From Bacteriovorax stolpii (GTDB lineage: Bacteria; Bdellovibrionota; UBA2428), in NCBI GenBank assembly GCA_945881775.1, contig CAMCVE010000005.1, positions 54,281-118,280 on the forward strand: a stretch of 64,000 nucleotides of DNA. The letters are read 5' to 3'. Below, one piece after another: positions 7,789-16,538 of the stretch. Both the position numbers and the translations under genes were made by a program. The notes below the pieces were generated by a model. That model was not told the origin of the DNA, searched no databases, and saw nothing but the letters and a program-made list of their open reading frames with translations. Position 1 is the first letter of the stretch; each line of letters opens with the position of its first letter.

Positions 7789-10332
7789 ATGAAACTGCTC
7801 AAACGGATTTTCATAGTTTTCTTGGTCGGCTTCGGCGTCGCAGTCATCGGCGCCGTCACACTGCTTGCAACTTACTCGGCGGATCTACCCAATCTCGACA
7901 GCCTGGTTCACTATTCTCCTAAACTGGTCACAACAATTTACTCAAAAGACGACAAAGTCATCGCAAGCTACGCCCAGGAGCGCCGAATCTATATTCCGCC
8001 TTCGGAAACCCCAGAGAATGTCGCCAATGCCTTTATTGCCGCCGAAGATGACGAGTTTTACACCCACTCCGGCATCAACCCGATCACGATTGCGCGGGCT
8101 GCATGGAAGAATTTTCGTGCAGGAGCAACCGTTCAAGGGGGATCTACGATCACCCAACAGGTGGCAAAATCGTTTCTTCTCACACCAGAAAAATCTTACA
8201 AGCGGAAACTCAAAGAAGTTATCCTTGCGTTCCGCATCGAAAAAACTCTCACGAAAGAACAAATTCTAAACCTCTACCTCAATCATATTTTCTTGGGACA
8301 AAACTCTTATGGCATTGAAGCCGCAGGTCTGACTTATTTTGGAAAATCCGCGAAAGACTTGAGCATTGCTGAAGCCGCAGTGCTTGCGGGACTGCCGCGC
8401 GCGCCCTCGAGAGACAATCCCGCGGTGGCTCCTCGCGCTGCCAAACACCGCCAGACCTATGTCTTAGGACGCCTGCTTGCGACTCAAAAAATCAGTAAGC
8501 CGGAATATGACGCCGCCGTGGCCGAAGAGATCAAAATCGTAAACACCGCACCGGGACTTGTGAGCCCCGCCCCTTACCTTGCGGAATACATCCGCCGCGA
8601 ACTCCTCGAAAAATACGGCGAAGAGCGCGTCAACCAAGGTCTCACTGTGTACACAACGGTGCGCCTCGACCGCCAATTAGCGGCACAAAAGTCGATTGAT
8701 CTAGGGCTCCGTGAGGTCGACAAACGTATGGGTCTCAGGCGACCCGCCCTTCATCTCAAAACCAAGACCGACATTGAAGCCTGGAGTGCGAAGAAGCACC
8801 AAGAGCTGGTCAAATCATTCTACAATTTCCGCGTCATCGATGCGCAAGGCGAGATTCACGAACCCGTCGCCAGCGACACTCCCACGCCCATAGAAATCGG
8901 AAAAAACTACCTGGGTGTGGTCGTGGCCAAAGACCGAGCTAAGCGTGCGCTCAAAGTGCAGATCGGCAACCGCACGGGCGAAGTTCTTCCTGAAGACTAT
9001 CGCTGGACGCTCGAAGCCAATCCCGACGAAGTCTACGGTGAAAAAGTTATTCGTAGCCCTATCGGCGAACTTCAGGTCGGTGACGTGATCACGGTGCAGC
9101 CTCGCGTGCTAGACGAAAAAAACCTCTATATGAAGCTCGAGCAAGAACCCGTGGTCCAGGGAGCTTTGATCGCTTACGATGTCAAAGACGGTTCGCTCCA
9201 AGCTATTGTCGGAGGATACGACTTCACCAAAACGGGCTCGCACTTCAACCGAGCATTTCAGGCCATTCGGCAGCCAGGCTCCACATTCAAACCCTTTGTG
9301 TATGGAGCAGCCCTTGAGTCAGGACTGACCCCATCCACGATTATCGTGGACTCGCCCATCGTGTACCACAACCAAGACGAACAAACACAACTCGAGAGCG
9401 TGTGGAAGCCGGACAACTACGGCGAGAAATTCTACGGCGACACGACTCTTCGCAATGCGATTGCCTACTCACGAAACATTCCAACGATCAAGCTGCTGCA
9501 GTACCTCAAAGTCCCCACTGTGATCGACTTTGCCCGCAAACTTGGTATCACGTCGAAACTCGCTCCTGACCTCTCTCTCGGACTTGGGAGTTCGGGCATT
9601 GGCCTGAATGAGATGGTGGGAGCGTGGTCCGTCTTTGCCAACCAAGGTCGTCGTCAGAATCACTTCGCCGTCGAGAGGGTCTTGGACTGGGGGGGCAACG
9701 TTCTTGAAGAAAACAAACCCGTTCCCCTCGTTGAGCAGACTCAGATCATCGACCCCAAGGTCGCCTTCCTGATCACGAGCCTTCTTCGTTCTGTTGTCGA
9801 CTACGGCACGGCAACGATTGTTCAACAGCTCAAGCGCCCTCTTGCTGGAAAAACCGGAACCACGAACGATTACAAAGACGCGTGGTTTTTTGGGTACTCT
9901 CCGCAGCTCATCGGCGGCGTATGGATTGGTTTTGACGAGGACCGCCCCATCGGACGCAACGAGACCGGAACCCGTTCGGCAGCGCCCATCTGGATTTCCT
10001 ATATGCAAGAAGCTTTCAAGGATCTGCCTGTTGAAGACTTCGAAATTCCTGAAGGAATCATCCAGGTGAAAGTCGACACCCAAACCGGAGACGTCCCCAC
10101 CCCATCGACTCAGAAGACTGTCACGGAGTATTTCATCGATGGACTCGCGCCTGGCCAGACTGCTAAGGTCGACGAGAATTCGAACCTGGCAGCGCTCGCA
10201 AACGAAGGACCGCGCGTGCTAAAGACCCAGGTCATTACCGGTAATCCTGACCTCTCGACGACGACATCGCGTCCGACGGGAGCCCCCGATTCCGGAGCGG
10301 GCATGGACGATCTCATGCGGGATGATTTGTAA
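7789..10332 (+). CDS. mrcA: Penicillin-binding protein 1A (bifunctional transglycosylase/transpeptidase)
   Basis: 847 aa. N-terminal TM. GT51 motifs EDDEFYTHSGINP and GGSTITQQV. Transpeptidase motifs STFKP, SRN, KTGT. Confidence 0.9.
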   Translation: MKLLKRIFIVFLVGFGVAVIGAVTLLATYSADLPNLDSLVHYSPKLVTTIYSKDDKVIASYAQERRIYIPPSETPENVANAFIAAEDDEFYTHSGINPITIARAAWKNFRAGATVQGGSTITQQVAKSFLLTPEKSYKRKLKEVILAFRIEKTLTKEQILNLYLNHIFLGQNSYGIEAAGLTYFGKSAKDLSIAEAAVLAGLPRAPSRDNPAVAPRAAKHRQTYVLGRLLATQKISKPEYDAAVAEEIKIVNTAPGLVSPAPYLAEYIRRELLEKYGEERVNQGLTVYTTVRLDRQLAAQKSIDLGLREVDKRMGLRRPALHLKTKTDIEAWSAKKHQELVKSFYNFRVIDAQGEIHEPVASDTPTPIEIGKNYLGVVVAKDRAKRALKVQIGNRTGEVLPEDYRWTLEANPDEVYGEKVIRSPIGELQVGDVITVQPRVLDEKNLYMKLEQEPVVQGALIAYDVKDGSLQAIVGGYDFTKTGSHFNRAFQAIRQPGSTFKPFVYGAALESGLTPSTIIVDSPIVYHNQDEQTQLESVWKPDNYGEKFYGDTTLRNAIAYSRNIPTIKLLQYLKVPTVIDFARKLGITSKLAPDLSLGLGSSGIGLNEMVGAWSVFANQGRRQNHFAVERVLDWGGNVLEENKPVPLVEQTQIIDPKVAFLITSLLRSVVDYGTATIVQQLKRPLAGKTGTTNDYKDAWFFGYSPQLIGGVWIGFDEDRPIGRNETGTRSAAPIWISYMQEAFKDLPVEDFEIPEGIIQVKVDTQTGDVPTPSTQKTVTEYFIDGLAPGQTAKVDENSNLAALANEGPRVLKTQVITGNPDLSTTTSRPTGAPDSGAGMDDLMRDDL

Positions 10333-10346
10333 GGAAGGATTTTTGC

Positions 10347-11123
10347 GTGCCGATCCCAATTAAGACCCCTGCCGAGCTCGAAACCATGCGCCGAAGCTGT
10401 GTCCTTGCAGCCGACGTACTGGTCATGATCGCACCCCACGTCAAAGTCGGCGTCACCACTCATGAACTCGACCAGATTTGTCACGACTTCATCGTAGAGA
10501 ATAAGGCGATCCCCAGCTGCCTAAACTACAAAGGATATCCCAAGAGTATCTGCACATCCGTGAACCATGTCGTGTGTCACGGGATTCCCGACAACTACCG
10601 ATTGCGCGAGGGCGATATCGTCAATGTCGACGTAACGACCTACCTCGAGGGATTTCACGGCGACAATTCGAAGACCTACCTCGTCGGCAAAACCTCTCGC
10701 GCGGCTCGCGAAATTGTAGCCGCCGCTGAGGAGGCCATGTGGGCCGGCATCCGTGCTGTCAAAGCGGGTGGAAATTTTGGAGATATCGGGTACGCCGTGC
10801 AAACTTTTGTCGAGTCCAAAGGATTTTCAGTGGTTCGCGAGTACGGTGGTCACGGCATCGGCCGCGTGTTCCACGAAGACCCTCACGTCATGCACTTTGG
10901 CCGCAAGGGCACAGGACCCAAACTTTTGCCCGGCATGGTCTTCACGGTCGAGCCGATGGTGAACCAAGGCAAACGCGAAGTTATCTTGCTCGATGACGAC
11001 TGGACCGTCGAAACTGAGGATGGAAAACTCTCTGCTCAGTTTGAACACACGATCGCTGTGCATGAGGACAAGGTAGAAATTCTCACCTTCCCCTCCAGCT
11101 ATACAGGATCGCGCTTTATTTGA
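10347..11123 (+). CDS. map: Methionine aminopeptidase type I
   Basis: 258 aa. Metal ligands in MetAP order: D(IVNVDV), HGIP, FTVEPM. 14 nt downstream of PBP1A. Confidence 0.9.
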   Translation: MPIPIKTPAELETMRRSCVLAADVLVMIAPHVKVGVTTHELDQICHDFIVENKAIPSCLNYKGYPKSICTSVNHVVCHGIPDNYRLREGDIVNVDVTTYLEGFHGDNSKTYLVGKTSRAAREIVAAAEEAMWAGIRAVKAGGNFGDIGYAVQTFVESKGFSVVREYGGHGIGRVFHEDPHVMHFGRKGTGPKLLPGMVFTVEPMVNQGKREVILLDDDWTVETEDGKLSAQFEHTIAVHEDKVEILTFPSSYTGSRFI

Positions 11124-11132
11124 ATCGGTAAA

Positions 11133-11156
11133 GAGTCGGTCTTATTCGTCCGACTC
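11133..11156. terminator. Hairpin GAGTCGG-N10-CCGACTC between convergent map and lipoprotein genes (candidate bidirectional terminator)
   Basis: Perfect 7-bp inverted repeat spanning the 18-nt convergent gap and the last codons of the minus-strand gene. Confidence 0.4.
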
Positions 11157-11846
11157 GCCTGTCTCGTCGGTCTCGCGCTGGAACTTGCGTTTGGAAAGAG
11201 CTTCGGGGTTCGAGGTCTCTCTCTTTTTAGCACGCCAGACTTTATAGCCCTGAGGACCTGTAACCCACTCACCTTTACCTTCTCCGTCTTCAGGACTGAG
11301 ACCGTTGGCGATGATCGCCTCGCGGTGTTTCTGCTCACAGATATCGATGTCTGTGGTGAACTCAGCTTTGCGAGCGGCAAGAACTTTTTTGTATCCACGG
11401 AAACGCTCGATGCGGTCACGGAGCTTTTCTTCGGTGACACCCACCAGGTTGCCCTGTTCATCGATCACAAACTTCAGATCCTCTTCGGTCTCAGTAACCC
11501 GTCCCGAAGTCGCCATAGGTTTGAGCTTACCCGTACCGCCAATGCGAGGATCGGCGAGCTTCTTCTCACAGTCTTTGTTGACTCCTTGGAGGCCTCGGGT
11601 GCCGTACTTCTCATTGCCGTAGACATCATTTTCCAAGACATAAACTTCTTTTTCGAGTCCGCGAAGCGACTCCGCGAGAAACACCTTGGTCTGCACAAGA
11701 ACCTTGCCGTCTTTGTCGAGACCAACGGTGTTGCCGTTCACGGTTTGGGATTTTTCGAGACGTGTGTCTTTCTCCTCAGCTTTGTCCTTTGAAGCGCAAG
11801 CTCCCATTCCCAACAAAGCGAGTGCAGCCAAAAATTGCATTTTCAC
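11142..11846 (-). CDS. Hypothetical lipoprotein, charged and Lys/Glu-rich
   Basis: 234 aa. Signal peptide MKMQFLAALALLGMGAC, lipobox-like. No known domain. Confidence 0.5.
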   Translation of the reverse strand: MKMQFLAALALLGMGACASKDKAEEKDTRLEKSQTVNGNTVGLDKDGKVLVQTKVFLAESLRGLEKEVYVLENDVYGNEKYGTRGLQGVNKDCEKKLADPRIGGTGKLKPMATSGRVTETEEDLKFVIDEQGNLVGVTEEKLRDRIERFRGYKKVLAARKAEFTTDIDICEQKHREAIIANGLSPEDGEGKGEWVTGPQGYKVWRAKKRETSNPEALSKRKFQRETDETGESDE

Positions 11847-11859
11847 GTGAAATCCCCCT

Positions 11860-12255
11860 CTAGAATCGAACGACGTATCGGGCCTTTAGCTCAGAATTCT
11901 GCGGGTCCCACTCCGGGACCAAGGCCCACTCGGTTCCTTCCGACGGGGTCAACAGTTCCGCTCCGGAGGGACCCACCTGGGCTACATTGTAAGTCATATA
12001 GATCGCCGCGGCGATCATGCCGACACCTGCGCCAAGCGAGATATTGCGAATATTGTCTTGCGGCTTGCTGTAGAAAGAAAGCGTCGAAAGACCCAAAATG
12101 CCACCCACAAGTCCGGCCATCAGGATCCCGCCGATGGCTTCGCGAGGTTCGAGGTCTTTTGGAAGATTCTGTTGCGCACGGAGCGCTGGACTGGCCGCAA
12201 GCAAGGCAAGCAACGCAACCCGCATCCCGAACGATTCTAAACCGCGACGTTTCAT
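11860..12255 (-). CDS. Small secreted glycine-zipper protein, possibly outer-membrane associated
   Basis: 131 aa. Signal peptide with ALRA-QQ cleavage site. GxxxG zipper tracts (GGILMAGLVGGILG, GAGVGMIAAAI). C-terminal ...RYVVRF aromatic terminus as in OMP-targeted proteins. Confidence 0.45.
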   Translation of the reverse strand: MKRRGLESFGMRVALLALLAASPALRAQQNLPKDLEPREAIGGILMAGLVGGILGLSTLSFYSKPQDNIRNISLGAGVGMIAAAIYMTYNVAQVGPSGAELLTPSEGTEWALVPEWDPQNSELKARYVVRF

Positions 12256-12380
12256 CTGTGGAATACTCTAATGGGACCCGACACGCTTGCCAAGAACCCC
12301 GCCGGACGCTTTTAGTTGAAGCGGCACGCCCTGTGCGGACTTGCGAAACAGAGCGTGTCATACTTTGATGCTTTAGATTC

Positions 12381-13076
12381 ATGACAATCGCTCACACCAA
12401 AGAAAGCCTTCAATTCGCCAAGTTTTTCGATCACACGCTTCTTAAGCCCGAAGCGACTGCTGCCCAGATCGAGACCCTTTGCCTCGAGGCCCGTCAAAAT
12501 CTTTTCTACACCGTATGCGTCAACGCGGGATGGATACCTCTGGCGAGCTCTCTACTCAAAGGCACGGATGTGCTGCCGATCACAGTTGTGGGGTTTCCCT
12601 TGGGGGCAACACTCACTCGAGCCAAGGCCCTTGAGGCCGAAGAAGCCATCAAGGTCGGTGCTCGCGAGATCGACATGGTGCTCAACGTGGGCTGGCTCAA
12701 GTCAGGTCGAGCAAACGACTGCGAAAAAGATATTCGCGATGTCGTGAAAGCCTCGGGTCAGGCATCCGTCAAAGTCATCCTAGAAACCTCACTACTCGAC
12801 ACCGAGGAAATTGCGCTTGCCTCGCGACTCAGTGAGGCGGCAGGTGCCGCCTTCATCAAAACAAGCACCGGCTTTGGTTCTCGTGGTGCCAGTCGCGACG
12901 ATATTCTGACGATGAGGTCCAGCGTTTCTCCAAAAATGCTCATCAAAGCAAGTGGGGGACTGCGCACCCTTGATGCCGTGGAGACAATGATTGCCGCAGG
13001 GGCCAGCCGTGTCGGATCTTCGTCGTCGGTGCAGATTCTTCGAGATTGGGCCCAGAAAAACGGAGTCGCGCTATGA
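12381..13076 (+). CDS. deoC: Deoxyribose-phosphate aldolase
   Basis: 231 aa. Catalytic Lys in FIKTSTGF, then IKASGGLRT and GASRVGSSS motifs. Confidence 0.9.
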   Translation: MTIAHTKESLQFAKFFDHTLLKPEATAAQIETLCLEARQNLFYTVCVNAGWIPLASSLLKGTDVLPITVVGFPLGATLTRAKALEAEEAIKVGAREIDMVLNVGWLKSGRANDCEKDIRDVVKASGQASVKVILETSLLDTEEIALASRLSEAAGAAFIKTSTGFGSRGASRDDILTMRSSVSPKMLIKASGGLRTLDAVETMIAAGASRVGSSSSVQILRDWAQKNGVAL

Positions 13077-14299
13077 CACCACAAGCCCCCTTTGATCGTG
13101 TGATCTTGGTTGTTCTCGACTCGGTCGGAATGGGAGCGGCTCCCGACGCTGGCCGCTTTGGCGACGAAGGCTCGCATACACTCGGACACATTGCCCAGTG
13201 GTGCCACAAAAATGGAAAATCGTTTGAGCTTCCCCACCTCAGCCGCTGGGGACTTGGAGAGCTCGTGCAGGCACCAGGTTTCGAAAGAAATGCCGCCCAC
13301 GCCGCAAGTCTTGCAGCGCTTGAAGAAATTTCCCCCGGCAAGGATACCACCACGGGACACTGGGAAATTTCCGGCACACCGCTGACGAAGGAATTTCCGG
13401 TCTATCCCCAAGGTTTCAGTGAGACGATTCTAAAAAAATGGGCAGCAGAGAATCAACTCGCAGGTTGGCTTTGCAATGCGCCCGGATCCGGAACCCAGGT
13501 GCTCACGGACTACGGCCTCGAGCACATGAAGAACCATAAGCCCATCGTTTACACCTCCGCCGACAGCGTCTGGCAGATCGCCGCTCACGAAGAAAGCTTC
13601 GGTCTCGAGAAGCTATATCAAATTTGTCGTTCTGCTCGCGTCTACGCCGATCAACTCGGCCTAGGACGAGTCATTGCCCGCCCTTTTGTAGGCGACTCAC
13701 CTGTAACTTTCCAACGCACCGAGAACCGTCGTGACTTCTCTGAAATGCCCCCGGCACCCAACATGCTCGATGCGATCAAAGGGGCTGGATGTTTTGTTGG
13801 AGGGGTCGGAAAGATCGAAGATATTTTTGCGCACCGTGGCCTTACGCTCTCAAATCACACCGGCCGCAACGAAACCAGCCAAGAAGCCACTCTTCAGATG
13901 ATGCACGAGACCCGCGGAAAGCGTGGTCTGGTGTTCACGAATCTCATCGACTTCGACATGCTCTATGGCCATCGTCGCGATCCCGCTGGATACGCCGACT
14001 GTCTAGTGCGCTTTGACGAATACCTCCCTCGGCTTGAGGCCGCCGCTGGACCGCGCGATCTTGTGATCCTGACTGCCGATCATGGGAACGATCCCACTCA
14101 CTCAGGAACGGATCACACTCGTGAACGAGTTCCTCTTCTTTTCTGGTCGAAAAATACGACGTTTAGGCCCAAAAATTTTGGCCGCCTCAGGGGATTTCAT
14201 CAGATTGCTCGCCTCTGTCTCGAGAGCCTTGGCCTTGATGCGCTTAGAGAAGTGCCCTCACTAAAAGATTCCATGTCATTGCTCAGCGGTGAATCCTGA
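13073..14299 (+). CDS. deoB: Phosphopentomutase. Start set at ATG 13073, which overlaps the deoC stop as ATGA.
   Basis: N-terminal FDRVILVVLDSVGMG metal-binding motif, about 400 aa of the alkaline-phosphatase-like fold. The ORF-track start at 13046 would overlap deoC by 31 nt. Confidence 0.85.
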   Translation: MTPQAPFDRVILVVLDSVGMGAAPDAGRFGDEGSHTLGHIAQWCHKNGKSFELPHLSRWGLGELVQAPGFERNAAHAASLAALEEISPGKDTTTGHWEISGTPLTKEFPVYPQGFSETILKKWAAENQLAGWLCNAPGSGTQVLTDYGLEHMKNHKPIVYTSADSVWQIAAHEESFGLEKLYQICRSARVYADQLGLGRVIARPFVGDSPVTFQRTENRRDFSEMPPAPNMLDAIKGAGCFVGGVGKIEDIFAHRGLTLSNHTGRNETSQEATLQMMHETRGKRGLVFTNLIDFDMLYGHRRDPAGYADCLVRFDEYLPRLEAAAGPRDLVILTADHGNDPTHSGTDHTRERVPLLFWSKNTTFRPKNFGRLRGFHQIARLCLESLGLDALREVPSLKDSMSLLSGES

Positions 14300-15666
14300 T
14301 GCTTCCAGTCGCCGAAATCATCCGTAAAAAACGTGAAGCTCAGCCCCTCAATTCAGAGGAGCTTGCTTTTCTCGTCAAAGGATTTTCTGACGGGAGCATC
14401 CCGGATTACCAAATCTCTGCGTGGCTCATGGCGAGCTTTCTTTGCGGTATGGACCGAGAGGAAACCTTCGTCTTGACGACGCTCATGCGCAACTCTGGCA
14501 AAACTCTCGACTGGCGCCAGCTAAGTCAAAACTTTAAATCAGCGCGCTTTGCCGACAAGCATTCCACCGGAGGAGTCGGCGACAAGGTCTCGCTGATTCT
14601 CGCGCCCTTGGCCGTCTGCTTGGGTCTCAAGGTTCCCATGATGAGCGGCCGCGGCCTGGGCCACACCGGAGGAACAGTCGACAAACTGGAGTCGATACCT
14701 GGTTTTTCGATGCGTCTCGACGAGAAGCAAATGATCCGCTGTCTCGACGAGGTCGGTGTCTGCATGATGTCCCAGAGTTCAGAATTGTGTCCGGCCGATA
14801 AAAAGTTGTATTCGCTAAGAGACGTTACGGCCACCGTCGAGAGCATTCCCCTGATCACAGCCTCGATTGTCTCAAAGAAGTGGGCCGAAGGCATCGATGC
14901 CATCGTCTACGACGTAAAATGTGGAAGCGCTGCTTTTATGGCTCACCTGGATCAAGCGGAAAATCTTTCGCGTAGTCTCGTACGCATTTCGCAGAAAGCG
15001 GGAATCAAGGCTCTCGCTTGCGTGACCCGCATGGAAGAGCCCCTTGGATCTTACGTGGGCAACTCCATGGAGGTCGAAGAGTCGATCTGGATTCTCAAAG
15101 ATGAGTACCCGAGTCCTCTCCACCGCGAGATCATTGCTCCCCTGAGGCAGCTTTGTATCGATCTTTCCTCTGAGATGGCCGTGCTTGCTGGAACCAGGGC
15201 CGACATGAGTACGGCGCGCGTCGACTGTGAGGCCGCCATCTCCTCGGGAGAGGCTTACCGTGTTTTCGAAAAAATGCTCAAGACCCAAGGCGCGCACGAC
15301 AACTGGTTTGAGTCCTTACCTCGAGCGAAGCACCAGCTTGTTTATGAGTCTCCGGAAGCCGGACATGTTCTTGAGATCCTGTCGCGCGATCTGGGAATCC
15401 TCGGCGTTAAACTCGGCGTAGGCCGCGAGAAGAGCGAAGACAGTGTCGATCCTGCAATTGGTTTCGAGATGCTTGTGCGCCCCGGAATGCGCGTCGAGCG
15501 TGGAACCCCGCTTTTGAAATTTCACGCCCATACGCCCGATGCTCTCGACAGTATTCGCGATGCTCTCGAGAAAATTTTCATCATCGAAGACCATCCCGAG
15601 AAGCTCCGCATCCTCGGAGGAGCTTCAAAGACCACAAACCTGCTCATGGAAAGGGTCCACGTATGA
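14299..15666 (+). CDS. deoA: Thymidine/pyrimidine-nucleoside phosphorylase
   Basis: 455 aa. HSTGGVGDKVSL and SGRGLGHTGGTVDKLE signatures. ATGA overlap with the deoB stop. Confidence 0.9.
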   Translation: MLPVAEIIRKKREAQPLNSEELAFLVKGFSDGSIPDYQISAWLMASFLCGMDREETFVLTTLMRNSGKTLDWRQLSQNFKSARFADKHSTGGVGDKVSLILAPLAVCLGLKVPMMSGRGLGHTGGTVDKLESIPGFSMRLDEKQMIRCLDEVGVCMMSQSSELCPADKKLYSLRDVTATVESIPLITASIVSKKWAEGIDAIVYDVKCGSAAFMAHLDQAENLSRSLVRISQKAGIKALACVTRMEEPLGSYVGNSMEVEESIWILKDEYPSPLHREIIAPLRQLCIDLSSEMAVLAGTRADMSTARVDCEAAISSGEAYRVFEKMLKTQGAHDNWFESLPRAKHQLVYESPEAGHVLEILSRDLGILGVKLGVGREKSEDSVDPAIGFEMLVRPGMRVERGTPLLKFHAHTPDALDSIRDALEKIFIIEDHPEKLRILGGASKTTNLLMERVHV

Positions 15667-16532
15667 TCAACCCAGCTTCGTTCTCACTCAAAAAAATCTT
15701 CGAGAAGCGTGCTATTCCGGCACCCGAACTCCATATCGTTCTCGGATCTGGACTTGCACCCGCTTTTAGCATGAGTGTTCCCGAGGGGAGTGTCCAAGCT
15801 CTCGCAGAAATTGGTTTCGCAGAAGTCGAAGGACTCCTCCCCTCCTCGGCTCCTGGCCACAAGGGCGCGTTCCGAATTTACCTCGACAAGAAAACGGGTA
15901 AGACCTTCTCTTTCCAGATGGGCCGTCTTCACGGTTACGAAGGGCATGCGCCTCAGTCGGTCGTGCAGCCCCTTGTTCAGATGGCGCTGAGCGGGACTCC
16001 GAAGTTCCTCCTCACAAACGCGTCTGGTTCGCTGCAACCCTCATACTTGCCTGGTTCTCTCATGATCATCGAAGATCACGTCAATCTCACGGGCCAGAGT
16101 CCGCTCTACGGACCCAACTCTCTCGACGCGAAAGGACAGCCGTACGGACCTCGCTTTACGGATATGAGCCACGCTTACGACGAGTCTCTCAATGCACTGC
16201 TCGAAAAAACTCTCTTGGCCTCGAAGCTCAGTGTCCACCGAGGCACCTACCTCGGCGTCAACGGACCTACCTTCGAAACTCCTGCCGAAGTGAAGCTCTT
16301 CTCGAAGTGGGGACTCGGTGCCGTGGGAATGTCGACCGTCTGGGAAACGATGGCTCTCAATTATCTCTCTCGCCGCGTAGCGGGACTTTCGTTTATTTCT
16401 AATCTCGGCTGTGGGCTCGTCGCCAAGCAAGCCCTCTCTCACGAAGAAGTGGAAGAAGAAGGCCGACGTATCGCACCCGTACTTCTCAAAAGCATCTTCG
16501 ACTACGCTGCCGCCACTCTTTCCGAGGTATAG
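15663..16532 (+). CDS. punA: Purine nucleoside phosphorylase (trimeric PNP-I family, PunA/XapA type)
   Basis: 289 aa. HIVLGSGL, LTNASGSL, GPTFETPAE and MSTVWE motifs. ATGA overlap with the deoA stop. Confidence 0.85.
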   Translation: MINPASFSLKKIFEKRAIPAPELHIVLGSGLAPAFSMSVPEGSVQALAEIGFAEVEGLLPSSAPGHKGAFRIYLDKKTGKTFSFQMGRLHGYEGHAPQSVVQPLVQMALSGTPKFLLTNASGSLQPSYLPGSLMIIEDHVNLTGQSPLYGPNSLDAKGQPYGPRFTDMSHAYDESLNALLEKTLLASKLSVHRGTYLGVNGPTFETPAEVKLFSKWGLGAVGMSTVWETMALNYLSRRVAGLSFISNLGCGLVAKQALSHEEVEEEGRRIAPVLLKSIFDYAAATLSEV

Positions 16533-16538
16533 ATATTT

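Noticed and set aside
10170-10195. tRNA-like GAATTCGAACC string
   Set aside because: An isolated T-arm-like heptamer inside the PBP1A coding frame. No acceptor stem or anticodon arm can be built around it.
12280-12340. Operator-like palindrome upstream of deoC (GCGGCACGCCCTGTGCGGAC)
   Set aside because: The two arms are not true reverse complements (GCGGCAC versus GTGCGGAC), so a regulator-site call is unsupported without comparative data. It is mentioned only as a possibility in one finding.
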